From positions 1 to 64,000 of the forward strand of contig LT649236.1 of assembly GCA_900128395.1 (NCBI GenBank): DNA of 64,000 nucleotides, written 5' to 3'. The notes below the pieces were generated by a model that ran no database searches, was not told where the DNA came from, and saw only the letters and a list, made by a program, of their open reading frames with translations. Below, in pieces: positions 47,217 through 58,783 of the stretch. The stretch is from Stramenopiles sp. TOSAG23-2 (Eukaryota). The stretch's first letter is position 1, and each line of letters begins with the position of its first letter. Position numbers and translations under genes: made by a program.

Positions 47217-50200
47217 ATGGAAGAAAGTGTAACGGTTATCGAAGAATTCTCTTTATCAACGGATGCATCCAATGATCATGATGCAAGCAATTCTTCTGTG
47301 AATCATAATCCTATTGTAAATAATAATAATGAAAATAATAATGTAAATGAAATTGAAGAAAAAACCAATGATAAAAAAATAGATAATAACATGCAAGCCA
47401 GTATACGCCCAAGGACATCGTCAACACTTCAGCGAGGGCTTATAAAGTGTACAAAAAAATACCAACTAAAACTTCCATGCTCAACAATGCAAGATGCGGA
47501 AAATAACGAGGGTATTTTAAAACGTATATCATGGCGTCGCCCTGGTAAATACTTTTTAAGAACGGATAAACCAAAACTTTTATCTTTTAGAAATAATGGC
47601 CCAGATAATAATCAGATAGAATATCAAGACACTGGTTTTGATGATGAAAAAACTTATATACGTTTAAACTTTGCAAACATCCAAAGCTTCATGCGTGCAA
47701 ATATATTAGTGTTTATTCACCGAGGAGAACCACCCGAATGTCCTGATTCTATGTCACCAGATATTTTTGTGCCAAAATATTATGAACCTGTAGAAACTTT
47801 GTTGTTTGAAGTTACATACACACTACCTGAAGATGTAGGTACCACGTATATAAATTGGAAAAAAATACGAAACGAAACGAAGTTTTCGTATATACAATTA
47901 AGTCAATTGTACGATCAATTTATGTATGATACGAGACAAAGTGGACATTGTGGCGTATTGCGCCGTGATGATTTTGGTAGAATTCTTCGAAATTTTAGTT
48001 TAGTTGATATTAGTGAAAATGAATTGAATAATTTGTGGATGTGGTTTGACAAAGATACAAAAGAAAGTCATATAAATTTTGAAACATTTGCTACACGATT
48101 AGGCCAAACGTGGCATGATGTTCATTTCTTCGGCCTATCTGCCGCTGCTAGGGAAGCATTAAAGGAAGAGAAGAAATACGAAGAAATAAATGAACAAGAT
48201 AAAAAGGCTAGAGAACAAGCTATACATAATATGCAACTGCAGGATGTTGAAAAAGCGTATTCACGTCTAACTGGTTCACCAATACCGCCATCTCCATCAT
48301 TTGTAGCATCTTCCCAAAAGCAGAGAACGAGAGGGCATTCGACTCTATCACAAGTCAGTAGTGATCCCCGTGACGGTAATTCAAGTAATGAAAGTTTATT
48401 AGAAAAATTAATGGCAGTTTCTGACGATAAGATTGATAATGGCAATGTTACAAATAATGAAATGAAGTTGTTGTTACAGGAGGCTACTGGTACTGATGGT
48501 AATATTATAAATGTCGAAAACGCATCAAAATCCGAGACTCCAAAAACTCCTCCTAGATTGTTGGGCATTCCACCATCATCATCAGGCATTAAATCTCCTA
48601 GAGGAATACGCGTTGGCGACGGCGTTAATTTTTCAAAAGATCAAGTAGAATCCAAGTTACAAAATGCATATGATACAGTGATGAAGAAAAAAATTAAAGA
48701 TGATGACGATGGTGACGAAGAGGATATCCGTGATGATAACAATGATGGTGTCAATGATGACGACAACATAAGTAAAATTTATGGATCTCCTGATAGATCT
48801 TTAGCAAGCTTATATAAAGATCATCCATTAGCACGCACGTTTGTTAGAGCATGTAGTATGTCACCAATGACGCCTGAATTGATGGACTCTTTGGCAAACG
48901 CATTCGCAAATGAACTTGCAGAATCGGCTATGTTTAAGACAGATGCATCTCCAGTTATACCAGCATTAGATTTAACAAAGTTAGGGGATAGCACAGATGA
49001 AGATGATCATGCGCTAGAGGAGAAAGAAGATGAAGAGACACAAAAAGAGGCATTGGAACTTGCAATGGACATCGCACAAGAGAAAGCTAGAAGGGCATTT
49101 AAAAAATATGATCAAGATGGGAAAAATGGTATTGATCGCAAAGAATTTAAACAAATATGTATTGAATTAGGCGTAGCTGCATCGAGAAAAGAGCGCAAGG
49201 AGGCTATAAAATTATTAGACACTGATGGTAGTGGTACAATCGGCGAAAAGGAATTTGTTGCGTGGTATGGCAAACTTGCTGAGGCAGAAGCTAATGCTGA
49301 AACTAATGGTGGCAGTAGCACCGATGAGACTGATAGTGGCGATTTTGTTCCATCAGCATTAAAAGATGATAAGGATGAAGAATCAATGGATATATCAAAA
49401 GTAGCAAATTTAGTAAACACAAGTGCCAGAGGGAAAAGTAGCACCTGGGTTGGTAATTTAATTGTTACCGTGCATAGTGCCAATGAATTAATTATATCAG
49501 CAAATGCAAATCCATCGGTTAATGTTAGCTTTTTGGATCTAGCTCCAGATATAGATGATACCGACGGTGGTGTTCATCCACACGAAGATACAAATTATTC
49601 TACTCCACCATGCTATGATGCTGTTGATGTGCGGTGGGATGCAAAAGATGCAACGTTTAAAATAGAAAAATTATTAACAATACCTGATATGGATTCAAAC
49701 AAGACACCGAAGGACGTTGACGATCTATTGCCACTTTATGGAAATGGGGAAATACAATTCAAAGTTGATTGTGGTTTAGAAGCAGGTATTATAGGTACTG
49801 CAAAATTGAATTTAATAGATTTACACGGAAATATCTGTAACGTCATTGAAAGCGATAAAGACAACATCGAAAATCATGGTTTAACACATCATTCAATAGA
49901 TTTAAAACCACCAATTCACCTTCGTACAACTAGCCTTGACGGGATTGGTAATTTAGAAGTGACAGCTATTATTGAATTCAAACGTAAAAAAGAAGAAAAA
50001 TCAAACAATCAAAACATAACTGGAACGCCAACAAGTTCACGTAAAGGCGTACGTGAAGGATTTGGGGAACATGAAAGTGCTGAAGTTGCTGATAAACTTA
50101 GAAAAGCTCGACGTGCATCTGGTATCAAAGTAACTGATTTATTCAAAAGCATGGATGAGGAAAAGAAAGGTACTATATCCCGCGAAGCATTTACCCGTGC

Positions 50201-51419
50201 AATTATTTCTCTCGGTGCAGATGTAAGCGAAGAAGAAGCTGCTTTAGTATTTGATCATTTTGATGAACATGGACATGGTCGTATGATGTATGCAGATTAT
50301 GTAAAAATGATGATGTCGGCTCCAATTGAACCAGTTAAAACGCTGACAGAAAAACGAAAAGAAGAACGTATGATTGAAAAATCAAAACAACGGGAAAAAG
50401 AAAGACTAATGGAAAAAGTAAATTTACAAGCAATGGTCGCTCGAATTCGTACCGAACGTAGAAAACGAGAAATATTGCCACAGTCATTATACGATTTGTT
50501 TGATAAGGATAATAGTGGAGCGATTTCAAAAGATGAAATGGTGGATGCATTGAAAAGTTGGAATTTCAGTCATACCGACGATGAAATTAACGCTGTATAT
50601 GCTGTATATGCCGGTGACGATGGTTTGATGGATTACTCTGAATTTTTAACGTTCATTACAGGTGGCACAAGCAAAAGCGGTAAGCGTGTCAAACGTGCGG
50701 TGCATCCAAATCATAGGCCTGCAGGTGATATGCAAAATGATGGGGCTATAACAACAGATGAAGAAGATGATGAGGAACATAATGATGATGATGGCGGTGG
50801 CGAGTATGATGAGGACGACGAGGAACTTAAAGCGGAAAAAGTGATGGCTAAGGCAAAGAAGCTCCGTGAAAAACGCCAGAAACGATTTATGAGACAGCGA
50901 AGTTTAGCATTTGCTGTGCCAGAAACATCATATGTACAAATGACTATTTATGGAGCAGATAATCTTGCATTAAACTCAAAAGGCAACGAGCCAAGAAATC
51001 CAGTTGTGCATATTAAAGCGGTAGGCTTACGCAGTAAGAAAATTTCCACCAAAAAAGGCTCAACGCGTTCACCAACTTGGAATTTTAAAACAGAGATTGG
51101 CAAAAACAATACAGCTGGAATTGGTAAGCTAAGAAAATTTAATCTGAAAGTGAAAGATGGCACAAGAATATTAGGTGTTGTAGATATAGATTTCAACATA
51201 ACACAATTTTCGCGCAGCACTGAAGAAAGAATGAAACATCCACTTAGCAAACACGACGACCAAAAAATGTTTGAAAAAGACGATGATACATTAGGATTCA
51301 TTGATGTTGGTATAAAGGTTATATCAAAAGAGGAGTCGGATAATAAAAATACAAAGGGTCTCACCGAGAAAAAAAGTTTCAAAGACAAGCGACCAGAGAA
51401 GATAATTACGGAACAGTAA
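47217..51419 (+). CDS. multi-EF-hand protein with C2-like domains and an N-terminal NPHP4-C-terminal-like Ig domain
   Basis: EF-hands DQDGKNGIDRKE, DTDGSGTIGEKE, DEEKKGTISREA and DKDNSGAISKDE; C2-like GNLIVTVHSANEL and VQMTIYGADNL...SPTWN. First ATG (MEESV) at 47217. Confidence 0.85.
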   Translation: MEESVTVIEEFSLSTDASNDHDASNSSVNHNPIVNNNNENNNVNEIEEKTNDKKIDNNMQASIRPRTSSTLQRGLIKCTKKYQLKLPCSTMQDAENNEGILKRISWRRPGKYFLRTDKPKLLSFRNNGPDNNQIEYQDTGFDDEKTYIRLNFANIQSFMRANILVFIHRGEPPECPDSMSPDIFVPKYYEPVETLLFEVTYTLPEDVGTTYINWKKIRNETKFSYIQLSQLYDQFMYDTRQSGHCGVLRRDDFGRILRNFSLVDISENELNNLWMWFDKDTKESHINFETFATRLGQTWHDVHFFGLSAAAREALKEEKKYEEINEQDKKAREQAIHNMQLQDVEKAYSRLTGSPIPPSPSFVASSQKQRTRGHSTLSQVSSDPRDGNSSNESLLEKLMAVSDDKIDNGNVTNNEMKLLLQEATGTDGNIINVENASKSETPKTPPRLLGIPPSSSGIKSPRGIRVGDGVNFSKDQVESKLQNAYDTVMKKKIKDDDDGDEEDIRDDNNDGVNDDDNISKIYGSPDRSLASLYKDHPLARTFVRACSMSPMTPELMDSLANAFANELAESAMFKTDASPVIPALDLTKLGDSTDEDDHALEEKEDEETQKEALELAMDIAQEKARRAFKKYDQDGKNGIDRKEFKQICIELGVAASRKERKEAIKLLDTDGSGTIGEKEFVAWYGKLAEAEANAETNGGSSTDETDSGDFVPSALKDDKDEESMDISKVANLVNTSARGKSSTWVGNLIVTVHSANELIISANANPSVNVSFLDLAPDIDDTDGGVHPHEDTNYSTPPCYDAVDVRWDAKDATFKIEKLLTIPDMDSNKTPKDVDDLLPLYGNGEIQFKVDCGLEAGIIGTAKLNLIDLHGNICNVIESDKDNIENHGLTHHSIDLKPPIHLRTTSLDGIGNLEVTAIIEFKRKKEEKSNNQNITGTPTSSRKGVREGFGEHESAEVADKLRKARRASGIKVTDLFKSMDEEKKGTISREAFTRAIISLGADVSEEEAALVFDHFDEHGHGRMMYADYVKMMMSAPIEPVKTLTEKRKEERMIEKSKQREKERLMEKVNLQAMVARIRTERRKREILPQSLYDLFDKDNSGAISKDEMVDALKSWNFSHTDDEINAVYAVYAGDDGLMDYSEFLTFITGGTSKSGKRVKRAVHPNHRPAGDMQNDGAITTDEEDDEEHNDDDGGGEYDEDDEELKAEKVMAKAKKLREKRQKRFMRQRSLAFAVPETSYVQMTIYGADNLALNSKGNEPRNPVVHIKAVGLRSKKISTKKGSTRSPTWNFKTEIGKNNTAGIGKLRKFNLKVKDGTRILGVVDIDFNITQFSRSTEERMKHPLSKHDDQKMFEKDDDTLGFIDVGIKVISKEESDNKNTKGLTEKKSFKDKRPEKIITEQ

Positions 51420-51648
51420 AAAATTACAATACGAATATATTTTTTTTAGATCTTGAGAGTATTGAGCGTATGATAGTATTTACCACGGGAACTAAAATTA
51501 TTACACACGTACTCGTATAACTTAGATTTTAACCATCATAATATTATAATATTAAAATATTAATATTTTATGAAATTATTTATAATAAAAAAAATACGCA
51601 CACCCCTACTATATTTTTTTTATAACTGATGCATCAAACTTCCTCCAA

Positions 51649-54600
51649 CTACACATGGCTAGGCTTCAAACTACTACTAGCTTTCTTCTTTTCTCGTTTC
51701 ACACGTTTCTCAGGCTCATTTTTCTTATCCTCTCGCTTTTTTACTTCAATAGTCGGCCCCATTGGCAATATACCAACCGATGGTCCACGTGGCATCTGCA
51801 TCATCGGTCTTGGTGGAACAACGAACATTGGAGGCATTTGCATGCCTGGCATCATACGCGGCATCGGCATGCCTGGCATCATACGCGGCATCATACGCGG
51901 CATTCCCCTAGAAACCAACATTGGTGGTGGTACTCCACGTGATGGTGGGACTATCATTGGCCTTGGCATTTGTTGCTGTTGCTGCTGGCCTACTGGAATA
52001 ATACCTTCTTTAGTCAACAATGCTTTCAAATTGCCATTGTCCTTATTCTCAGAAGATTTTTGCGCATTATTGTTGTTGTTAGATAATTTAGCATTTTGCA
52101 ACAATTGTGTTAAGCCATCATTAGCAGCAGGTGCGACTCCATTCTTTTGAACACCAGTACTTTTCTTTTTTGCTTTACTAGGCGCCTTCTTCTTCTTGCC
52201 AACTTGCTGCTTCTTCGCTTCTGGCTTTTTCCAAGCTTGCTTCTTCGCTACAGGGGCTTTCTTTGCCACCTTTGGCTGTGGTTTTGGTGCCTTTATTACT
52301 TCCACTTTTGATAAAGATAAAACTTCTGACCATTTCACCAATCGACCCCGCCCTTTTTTGCACAGGCCATTTAAATTTTGCCCACCGATAAATTCAGCAT
52401 CCATGACAACTTCGACACAACTTGTTGAAGGATGGATTGAAACTACTGTTCCCCGTAAACCCAATGGCATATTTGTACAACGAATATTTACAATACGATC
52501 ACCAAGTGATGGTGCCTTATTTAAATCCGTGCCTGGACCCTGTCCTGAATTTGCAAAACCTTCAAAATCAGGCTTGTAAAGCTCAGTTGCAGGAATGCCA
52601 TTGATGTCAATCGTTGTGCGCTGTTGAATAGACAACGCTCGTTGTTTATCAGAGTATTCTTGTATTGCCGCTATGGCCGTGTTACTTAATGTTTCACTAG
52701 ATGCAGGAACAAGTGGCATTTTATAGATACTTAATTGTTGCAGCCATCTACAGATTTTCTCAAAATCTTCGCCATTCGGTGCAATGTCCGACTTGCTAAA
52801 TCTTGACTCATTTGGTTTTGCCAACAATGTGGTAAATACCCGTTTAAATTTTCTTTTGTATGTGGACACTAGCTGTATCGCACGTTCACTATACTCCCAT
52901 TGAACGCGTTGAGAGCCATCCCTAGCCATGGAATTTGTATTTGATTTTCCTTCACCTTCTCCTTGACCAAGGAATAAAAGCTTTGCAGATTCTTTATTCG
53001 AATTCCACGAATTTGACTGGCTGTTGTTGTTGTTGTTGTTAGCACCATTGTTAATAGGTGCTTTAATTGGTCTAGCATATCCTGGTAGACACAAATTACC
53101 ACGTACTTTTAGATTTAAACCAATATCTACCCGGCCAGGCATTACGATTAAACTTCCCATGATACGCCCAAGTGCGCTCGGTGTTACACCTAATGCTTTT
53201 GCTGCAGTCCTGACATTAAAATATTTTTCCTTAACTTTTTGCGCGATAATTTTACCAAATGGCTTTTCTTTCGGTTCTAACGAAATGGTAACATCCACTG
53301 TATTTTTCTCAGCGTTTTGACTTCTAACGAAACCGGTTGAACCATACATTGATATTTCCTTGTACTTTTGTTGCCCAATATACACAACACCTGTATTTTT
53401 TGGGAAACGTTCCACAACAGTTTGTGCAGCCGCTTCTTGAAATCTTGGATCTAATGCTGGGTTGGTTAAAAAGATACATTGCAATGGGAACGTGATTGCG
53501 GCATCTTGAAATACTTGTGTAGTTGCACCTGTTGTTGAATCGCGATTCATTGTAATAATTGGGCGTACATTAACAGTAATTATCACATTGCCAATATCAA
53601 GACCACCTGTGCCCGGTTCACCTGCACCAGACAACATCGTTTGTCCTAATCCAGCTGCCAACTGTCTCCATTGCTGTTTATTGTCACCAGTGATAGACTT
53701 TTTCCGTATCGTACCATCATCCATTTGTTGATATTCATCATATCCATCGCAAACAGATACTACCAATGCCTCGCGTAGATGTGGAAAGCCGATGAAACAT
53801 TTGCGCCCTAGTAATGCTTCACTTGCTTTGTCAAGATCTACGTCTACATCTCCATCCTCATCAACTGTTGTGCCACCGGCTGCTTTTTCTGATTCAGTCG
53901 GACGCTGTGGTTTTAACAATAAGGTAGCCTTACGAGATGGGAAACCAAATACGTTTAATTCAACAGCTTGCAATGTTGTATCCATGGTATCATATGCTCG
54001 AAGACATGGATATCCTGGGCTTGGTACTTTCACACCGCGGCATAACCTAGCAACAAATTTGCCATTAGCCGTCCGTATAGGGGGGAGGGTGAACACTGAT
54101 ACTTTGCATTGGCACGCAACGACATCAGGAAATGCCTCTTTGTTCCCATGCTGTGCAACTGCAGTATCTTGTATGGACACGTCGTATTGGTATAAATAAT
54201 CTTTTCCATGGCTATTGCGCGCTATTTCCTCATCAGTCAACGTACTATTTGGTGCATGATTTGCCACTGCTTCTTTTAACCTTTTTTCATTAATAAATGA
54301 TAGTAAATTTACCCCTTCCCATGGGTTACGCTTACCATTCATATCGATTTGAAAATCATTTGGATAAAAATCAATAATTGGCGAGTCATCTCGTGTCATC
54401 AAGGCACGAAAACTTTGTGGCAAAAACTGTGAACTCGCAGGTGGCAAACAACCTAGCAATTGATAAAATGGTAAGAATGGCTTACCCAGTGTAAAACGAA
54501 TGGTGCTATGCAATGGACCTAAGTTTACCATATCGGATGCCATTGGCGCGTAATGAAATGGATAAAACCAATTCCATGAGCATACACCGTGGTAATAATA

Positions 54601-55938
54601 CTGTAAAACCCATTCTAACCCTTCTAAATATGCTTTTACTATCCGCCCATGACACATTTGATCATCTTTGGTACTTCCCTCTCCAGTATTAAGACCAAAT
54701 TTTTCGTTGTAATATGCAATTTTGGTTGCATTTGTTGCATTTACATCCGTGCTTGCGCTATTGGAAAGCCATTCCGGTACTACAGTATTCGGTCTACTCG
54801 TACCACCACGATTGTAGCGTGCATTTTTTTTGTTTCTTGCATTTTGTTTATCAATTGTCTTTAATCGTTCGGTAAAGACCTCTTCCTCACGATTGCCCAG
54901 TAACACCATAATCCTTTCCAAACGATTTATATTAATATTTCCACTATTTGTCAAATATCCTCCCATAGTTGGCAATTCTTGCTTGTACATCGTAAACATT
55001 ACATCAATTGCACTTTCTGCGATATCCAATGATGGTAAATGCGGCAAGAAGTCATTCCCAACGAAGATACACAGCAAAATAATATCATCAATGACACGCT
55101 CTAAATCGTATTTGAATCCTTCAAACTTTACATTTGAAAATTCCAAATCTAAATATTCGCGCAATGTCGATATGTGTAATAACTGCCATGCATCGTGATA
55201 TATTTGTTTCTTCAACTCTTTCGTTGAATTTTCTTTCCTGCGAAAAGAATTGAAATCAACAACTTCACGTAGTAACGAGAAATGCGGATCATGTGACACG
55301 AGGGCAAGCATCACCAAATCAGCATCTAAGCCGTACATAACATGACGAGTGTTTGGGTCATATCCACGTTGCATTTTCATATTTCGTATGTATCCTATAA
55401 TTTTATGTTCCCCTTCCCCAGGCACTTCATGACCAGAAAAAATAACTTTAAAACGGCGCCAAATTGGATCTTCTTTGATCTTGCGTTTAATGAAATATTT
55501 AATATTTGCACTAACTCTAGCCATCCATTCTGTCCCTGGCGTAATGCAGTTGGAATCGAATGCATCTGGTGGAACTTCCTCGCCACGTTGTCTTGCTTCC
55601 ACTGCTAATTGTGCAGCATCCTTAGCTGAACGAAACCGTCTTGAACGTTGTTGATTCATTTTTGCTCTTGGTGCAACACCATCAATAGCCATATATAATA
55701 ACTTTTCCGGCTTTACTATATGAACAATCCTATCTAAGTAAAAAAATACTGCTTGTAACACATCTTTATCTGATTTAGCGCCTATACCGCTCCCATTAGC
55801 ATGGGAACAATTGTGCAAAATACCATTCATATCCAAATACAAGTTGTCCACACCAGGTAAGAAAGTTTGGTCATAGATGCGCTGATTAATTGCTGGATAT
55901 CTCTCCGATAACCAACGATAAAACTTTGGTATACCCAT
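51649..55938 (-). CDS. XRN1: 5'-3' exoribonuclease 1
   Basis: MGIPKFYRWLSERYP, DNLYLDMNGILH, IDGVAPRAKMNQQRSRRF, FDSNCITPGT, PGEGEHKI and GNDFLPH, plus the XRN1-type C-terminal SH3-like region (LGDRIVN...PLGLRGTVV). Confidence 0.96.
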   Translation of the reverse strand: MGIPKFYRWLSERYPAINQRIYDQTFLPGVDNLYLDMNGILHNCSHANGSGIGAKSDKDVLQAVFFYLDRIVHIVKPEKLLYMAIDGVAPRAKMNQQRSRRFRSAKDAAQLAVEARQRGEEVPPDAFDSNCITPGTEWMARVSANIKYFIKRKIKEDPIWRRFKVIFSGHEVPGEGEHKIIGYIRNMKMQRGYDPNTRHVMYGLDADLVMLALVSHDPHFSLLREVVDFNSFRRKENSTKELKKQIYHDAWQLLHISTLREYLDLEFSNVKFEGFKYDLERVIDDIILLCIFVGNDFLPHLPSLDIAESAIDVMFTMYKQELPTMGGYLTNSGNININRLERIMVLLGNREEEVFTERLKTIDKQNARNKKNARYNRGGTSRPNTVVPEWLSNSASTDVNATNATKIAYYNEKFGLNTGEGSTKDDQMCHGRIVKAYLEGLEWVLQYYYHGVCSWNWFYPFHYAPMASDMVNLGPLHSTIRFTLGKPFLPFYQLLGCLPPASSQFLPQSFRALMTRDDSPIIDFYPNDFQIDMNGKRNPWEGVNLLSFINEKRLKEAVANHAPNSTLTDEEIARNSHGKDYLYQYDVSIQDTAVAQHGNKEAFPDVVACQCKVSVFTLPPIRTANGKFVARLCRGVKVPSPGYPCLRAYDTMDTTLQAVELNVFGFPSRKATLLLKPQRPTESEKAAGGTTVDEDGDVDVDLDKASEALLGRKCFIGFPHLREALVVSVCDGYDEYQQMDDGTIRKKSITGDNKQQWRQLAAGLGQTMLSGAGEPGTGGLDIGNVIITVNVRPIITMNRDSTTGATTQVFQDAAITFPLQCIFLTNPALDPRFQEAAAQTVVERFPKNTGVVYIGQQKYKEISMYGSTGFVRSQNAEKNTVDVTISLEPKEKPFGKIIAQKVKEKYFNVRTAAKALGVTPSALGRIMGSLIVMPGRVDIGLNLKVRGNLCLPGYARPIKAPINNGANNNNNNSQSNSWNSNKESAKLLFLGQGEGEGKSNTNSMARDGSQRVQWEYSERAIQLVSTYKRKFKRVFTTLLAKPNESRFSKSDIAPNGEDFEKICRWLQQLSIYKMPLVPASSETLSNTAIAAIQEYSDKQRALSIQQRTTIDINGIPATELYKPDFEGFANSGQGPGTDLNKAPSLGDRIVNIRCTNMPLGLRGTVVSIHPSTSCVEVVMDAEFIGGQNLNGLCKKGRGRLVKWSEVLSLSKVEVIKAPKPQPKVAKKAPVAKKQAWKKPEAKKQQVGKKKKAPSKAKKKSTGVQKNGVAPAANDGLTQLLQNAKLSNNNNNAQKSSENKDNGNLKALLTKEGIIPVGQQQQQQMPRPMIVPPSRGVPPPMLVSRGMPRMMPRMMPGMPMPRMMPGMQMPPMFVVPPRPMMQMPRGPSVGILPMGPTIEVKKREDKKNEPEKRVKREKKKASSSLKPSHV

Positions 55939-55975
55939 ATTTGTTTTTTTCAACGATTACTATAATGTCACGTAC

Positions 55976-56009
<34 letters not shown>

Positions 56010-56695
56010 GTCGTCAATTATAAACTTCTTCTATGTATATTGTTCTAATCCTTTCCTTTCATATGTTCTTCTGTCTCTATATGTAATAATAATAATTTTC
56101 ATTTATAATTAGTTTATTTATTTGGATTCATTGCCATTCATTTTAATTTTGTTGTTGTTTGTTTGTCGTTTGAATCAAAACATTCCCTTTTCTAAATTTT
56201 AATAGGAAGGATATTACACTTGCTAAAATACAAGTATGAATAGCATGTACGCACGACGAACAATTAAATTTGAAATTGTTCTTAGTTTAAGTTATAAATT
56301 TTAAGAAGTTGCGTGGGATGATGCACTAAATTTAACACACAGGACTATGGCTATTATAGGAACTGGCTTTTTAAATTGCAAAAAAGTTAATTCCATTAAA
56401 TTATTATATATAATTCTAAAATAATAAAAAAATATTATTTAAAAATTACTCTAATATAACTACTACTAGTATTTTCGACTCACACAACCTCCTTTATATA
56501 ATAATTTTTTCTGTTTTCTCGCTTATTATTTTTTTTATTAATGTATTAGAATTCTTATATTCTAAAACTCCTTTTCTACTATTTCTATACGTTCATATAA
56601 TGCATTGTGTTATATTACCATATATATCTGTTATCCATCATTATTAAAACATTAATGATATATATCATATATACATCCATACAATCCTTTTCTAA

Positions 56696-58783
56696 CTAAT
56701 TACTATTAACAAACAGACAAAAGAAGGATATTAATATTGATACTATCAATGCAGTTCTACTACTGCCGTATATACTATTGGCACTGGATGCACGTGTTGT
56801 CGTAAATGGATAAAATACATCGTATGGCAATACAGGTAATAATGGTGGTGCAGATGGAACATATGGAACACCGTCACCTTCCTCTAACATAACAAAAGTT
56901 GCACTTGATGTAAAATAAATATTTGTTTTACTATTTACGGCATGATCTAAAGAAACTGTTGATGTCTTATAAACTATTCTAGCGGCCACAATTTTCTCTT
57001 GTGGTGCCTTGTAATTACCAACTTTTGCAACTAAAAATTCATATTCCACGCCGGTAATTAAACTTGGACACACCCGATAAGCTCCATCAAATTTAATTCT
57101 ACTTGGAACTGTCTCTGGAGTAAATGGTAACCATGAACTTTTGGTATCAACTTTATATGGATTTGCATTACCATACACACCAACACGTAAAGTATCAAAT
57201 GACACATTAAAATATGAGGGAACACCTGATTCATCACATAAGGTCTCCAAAGCATTTCGATCTAAAGATACTGAACAGCCAACTTTTCCATCTACACCAT
57301 ATAAAATTTGCTCACCAAAGTCTATCGTCGTATCAGAGAAAGAAGTTTTACAAGTACCATCACCATTGATCACCAACGGAAAACGTAATCCACCGCTATA
57401 TTGTGCAATTGCAAATTTATCAACGGAACCTGTAGTCTCGGTATCTTTTGGTAATGTCATATATTCTCCTGCTAATACAGGTCGCCCAGTAATGTATCCT
57501 GGGTTGCCACTACGTGATGTATTGTAACCAGGCAAATTACTACTCGATGATGCGACTACTGCATCGGATACGAAATCTATAAGAAATTCTTGCTCTAACA
57601 CTTTAGCCCCTGTACCTGATATATCCATCAATACAGCATCAACTGTAATTGAAGAAATTGTTCCCGAACCTGGTAGTGATCCTGACGTAAGTGGAGTATA
57701 TGTCACATGGTAATGCGCTTGTACAAGTGCATTGTGGCAAATAGATGTTGTTGTATTGTAAACTGTTTTAGGCAATACACCAGTGCCATTTACAACTAAT
57801 CCACTAATTTCTGTATATGTCCCATCCGAATTTAATTTCTTAATTACCCCAGGTATTATATTTACATATTGCAATGGATCTAAACCACTTTTATGCTTTT
57901 TTGCGATCAGTAAATCACTTGTATATTTCCTTGCATTGAACCCACGCAGTTCGCATGCTGTGTTAATATTCGTTGTTGCCTGAATACATGTATTTGAATC
58001 GACCACAGCTTCACGGAATAGGATAGGATTTGATTCACTACAACGCCCATCAACGCCATTTGTTGGTAGTTGCCAAAACCCTTTAAAAGCCGGGATTGCA
58101 GAGTCTGCAGCTTCTTCAGAATACTCTCCTGCATTTGCCACTGCTGCTTGGATTCTATCACCAACCGTATATTGGGTTCGGGTTACTTCGTCATTAGTCG
58201 CTGGAAGCAATTGCCCAAAACTGTATTCCGGCCTAATCGCATTCTCACCCAACTTACTTGCAGGAAATTGATCAGGTGATGGTACTGGCTTCGAGTCATA
58301 TTCATAATAAGTACCTTTAATTGGACTATTATCCATAACCACACACATAACACCATCTAAAGGGTTTGTTTGTCGCATACCATATACTTCTCCGTTTGCC
58401 GATATTGAAGTCGAGTCGTAGCACATGAACGGATTAGTTTCAGCTTGATTCGAACATCCGTCATTTGATAGTTCCTCAAAATCCTTGGTCTCCGAACTAT
58501 AACAATCAGTATCGCAACAACATCCAGCGTCACAGTGCCCAGACGTTATATCACATTCACAGTTACACTCAAATTTACATGGATCACTTGTATCAACACA
58601 TTTACAACCCGGTGGTAGATAAGATCCAGAGGCACTTGTACTGGCTTCGTTCCAATCAATAGACATCTTTTCATTTGATTTCCGTATAATTGGATCCTCG
58701 CCTACACCACTTGATGCTACAATGGCATACTGAATAGAAAGTATTGTGATAAGTAAAACGGTTATCGTTATATATTTTTGCAT
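56696..58783 (-). CDS. TCTN: tectonic (ciliary transition-zone protein)
   Basis: Signal peptide; CECDITSGHCDAGCCCDTDC tectonic Cys motif; SRSGNPGYITGRPVLAG; C-terminal LPVLPYDVFYPF with hydrophobic tail. Confidence 0.92.
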   Translation of the reverse strand: MQKYITITVLLITILSIQYAIVASSGVGEDPIIRKSNEKMSIDWNEASTSASGSYLPPGCKCVDTSDPCKFECNCECDITSGHCDAGCCCDTDCYSSETKDFEELSNDGCSNQAETNPFMCYDSTSISANGEVYGMRQTNPLDGVMCVVMDNSPIKGTYYEYDSKPVPSPDQFPASKLGENAIRPEYSFGQLLPATNDEVTRTQYTVGDRIQAAVANAGEYSEEAADSAIPAFKGFWQLPTNGVDGRCSESNPILFREAVVDSNTCIQATTNINTACELRGFNARKYTSDLLIAKKHKSGLDPLQYVNIIPGVIKKLNSDGTYTEISGLVVNGTGVLPKTVYNTTTSICHNALVQAHYHVTYTPLTSGSLPGSGTISSITVDAVLMDISGTGAKVLEQEFLIDFVSDAVVASSSSNLPGYNTSRSGNPGYITGRPVLAGEYMTLPKDTETTGSVDKFAIAQYSGGLRFPLVINGDGTCKTSFSDTTIDFGEQILYGVDGKVGCSVSLDRNALETLCDESGVPSYFNVSFDTLRVGVYGNANPYKVDTKSSWLPFTPETVPSRIKFDGAYRVCPSLITGVEYEFLVAKVGNYKAPQEKIVAARIVYKTSTVSLDHAVNSKTNIYFTSSATFVMLEEGDGVPYVPSAPPLLPVLPYDVFYPFTTTRASSANSIYGSSRTALIVSILISFFCLFVNSN

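Noticed and set aside
51629..55608. Long antisense ORFs in the track (e.g. 51629-52150, 53792-54199; likewise 18570-19094 and 48122-48589)
   Set aside because: They are shadows of strong genes on the opposite strand and have no independent motifs.
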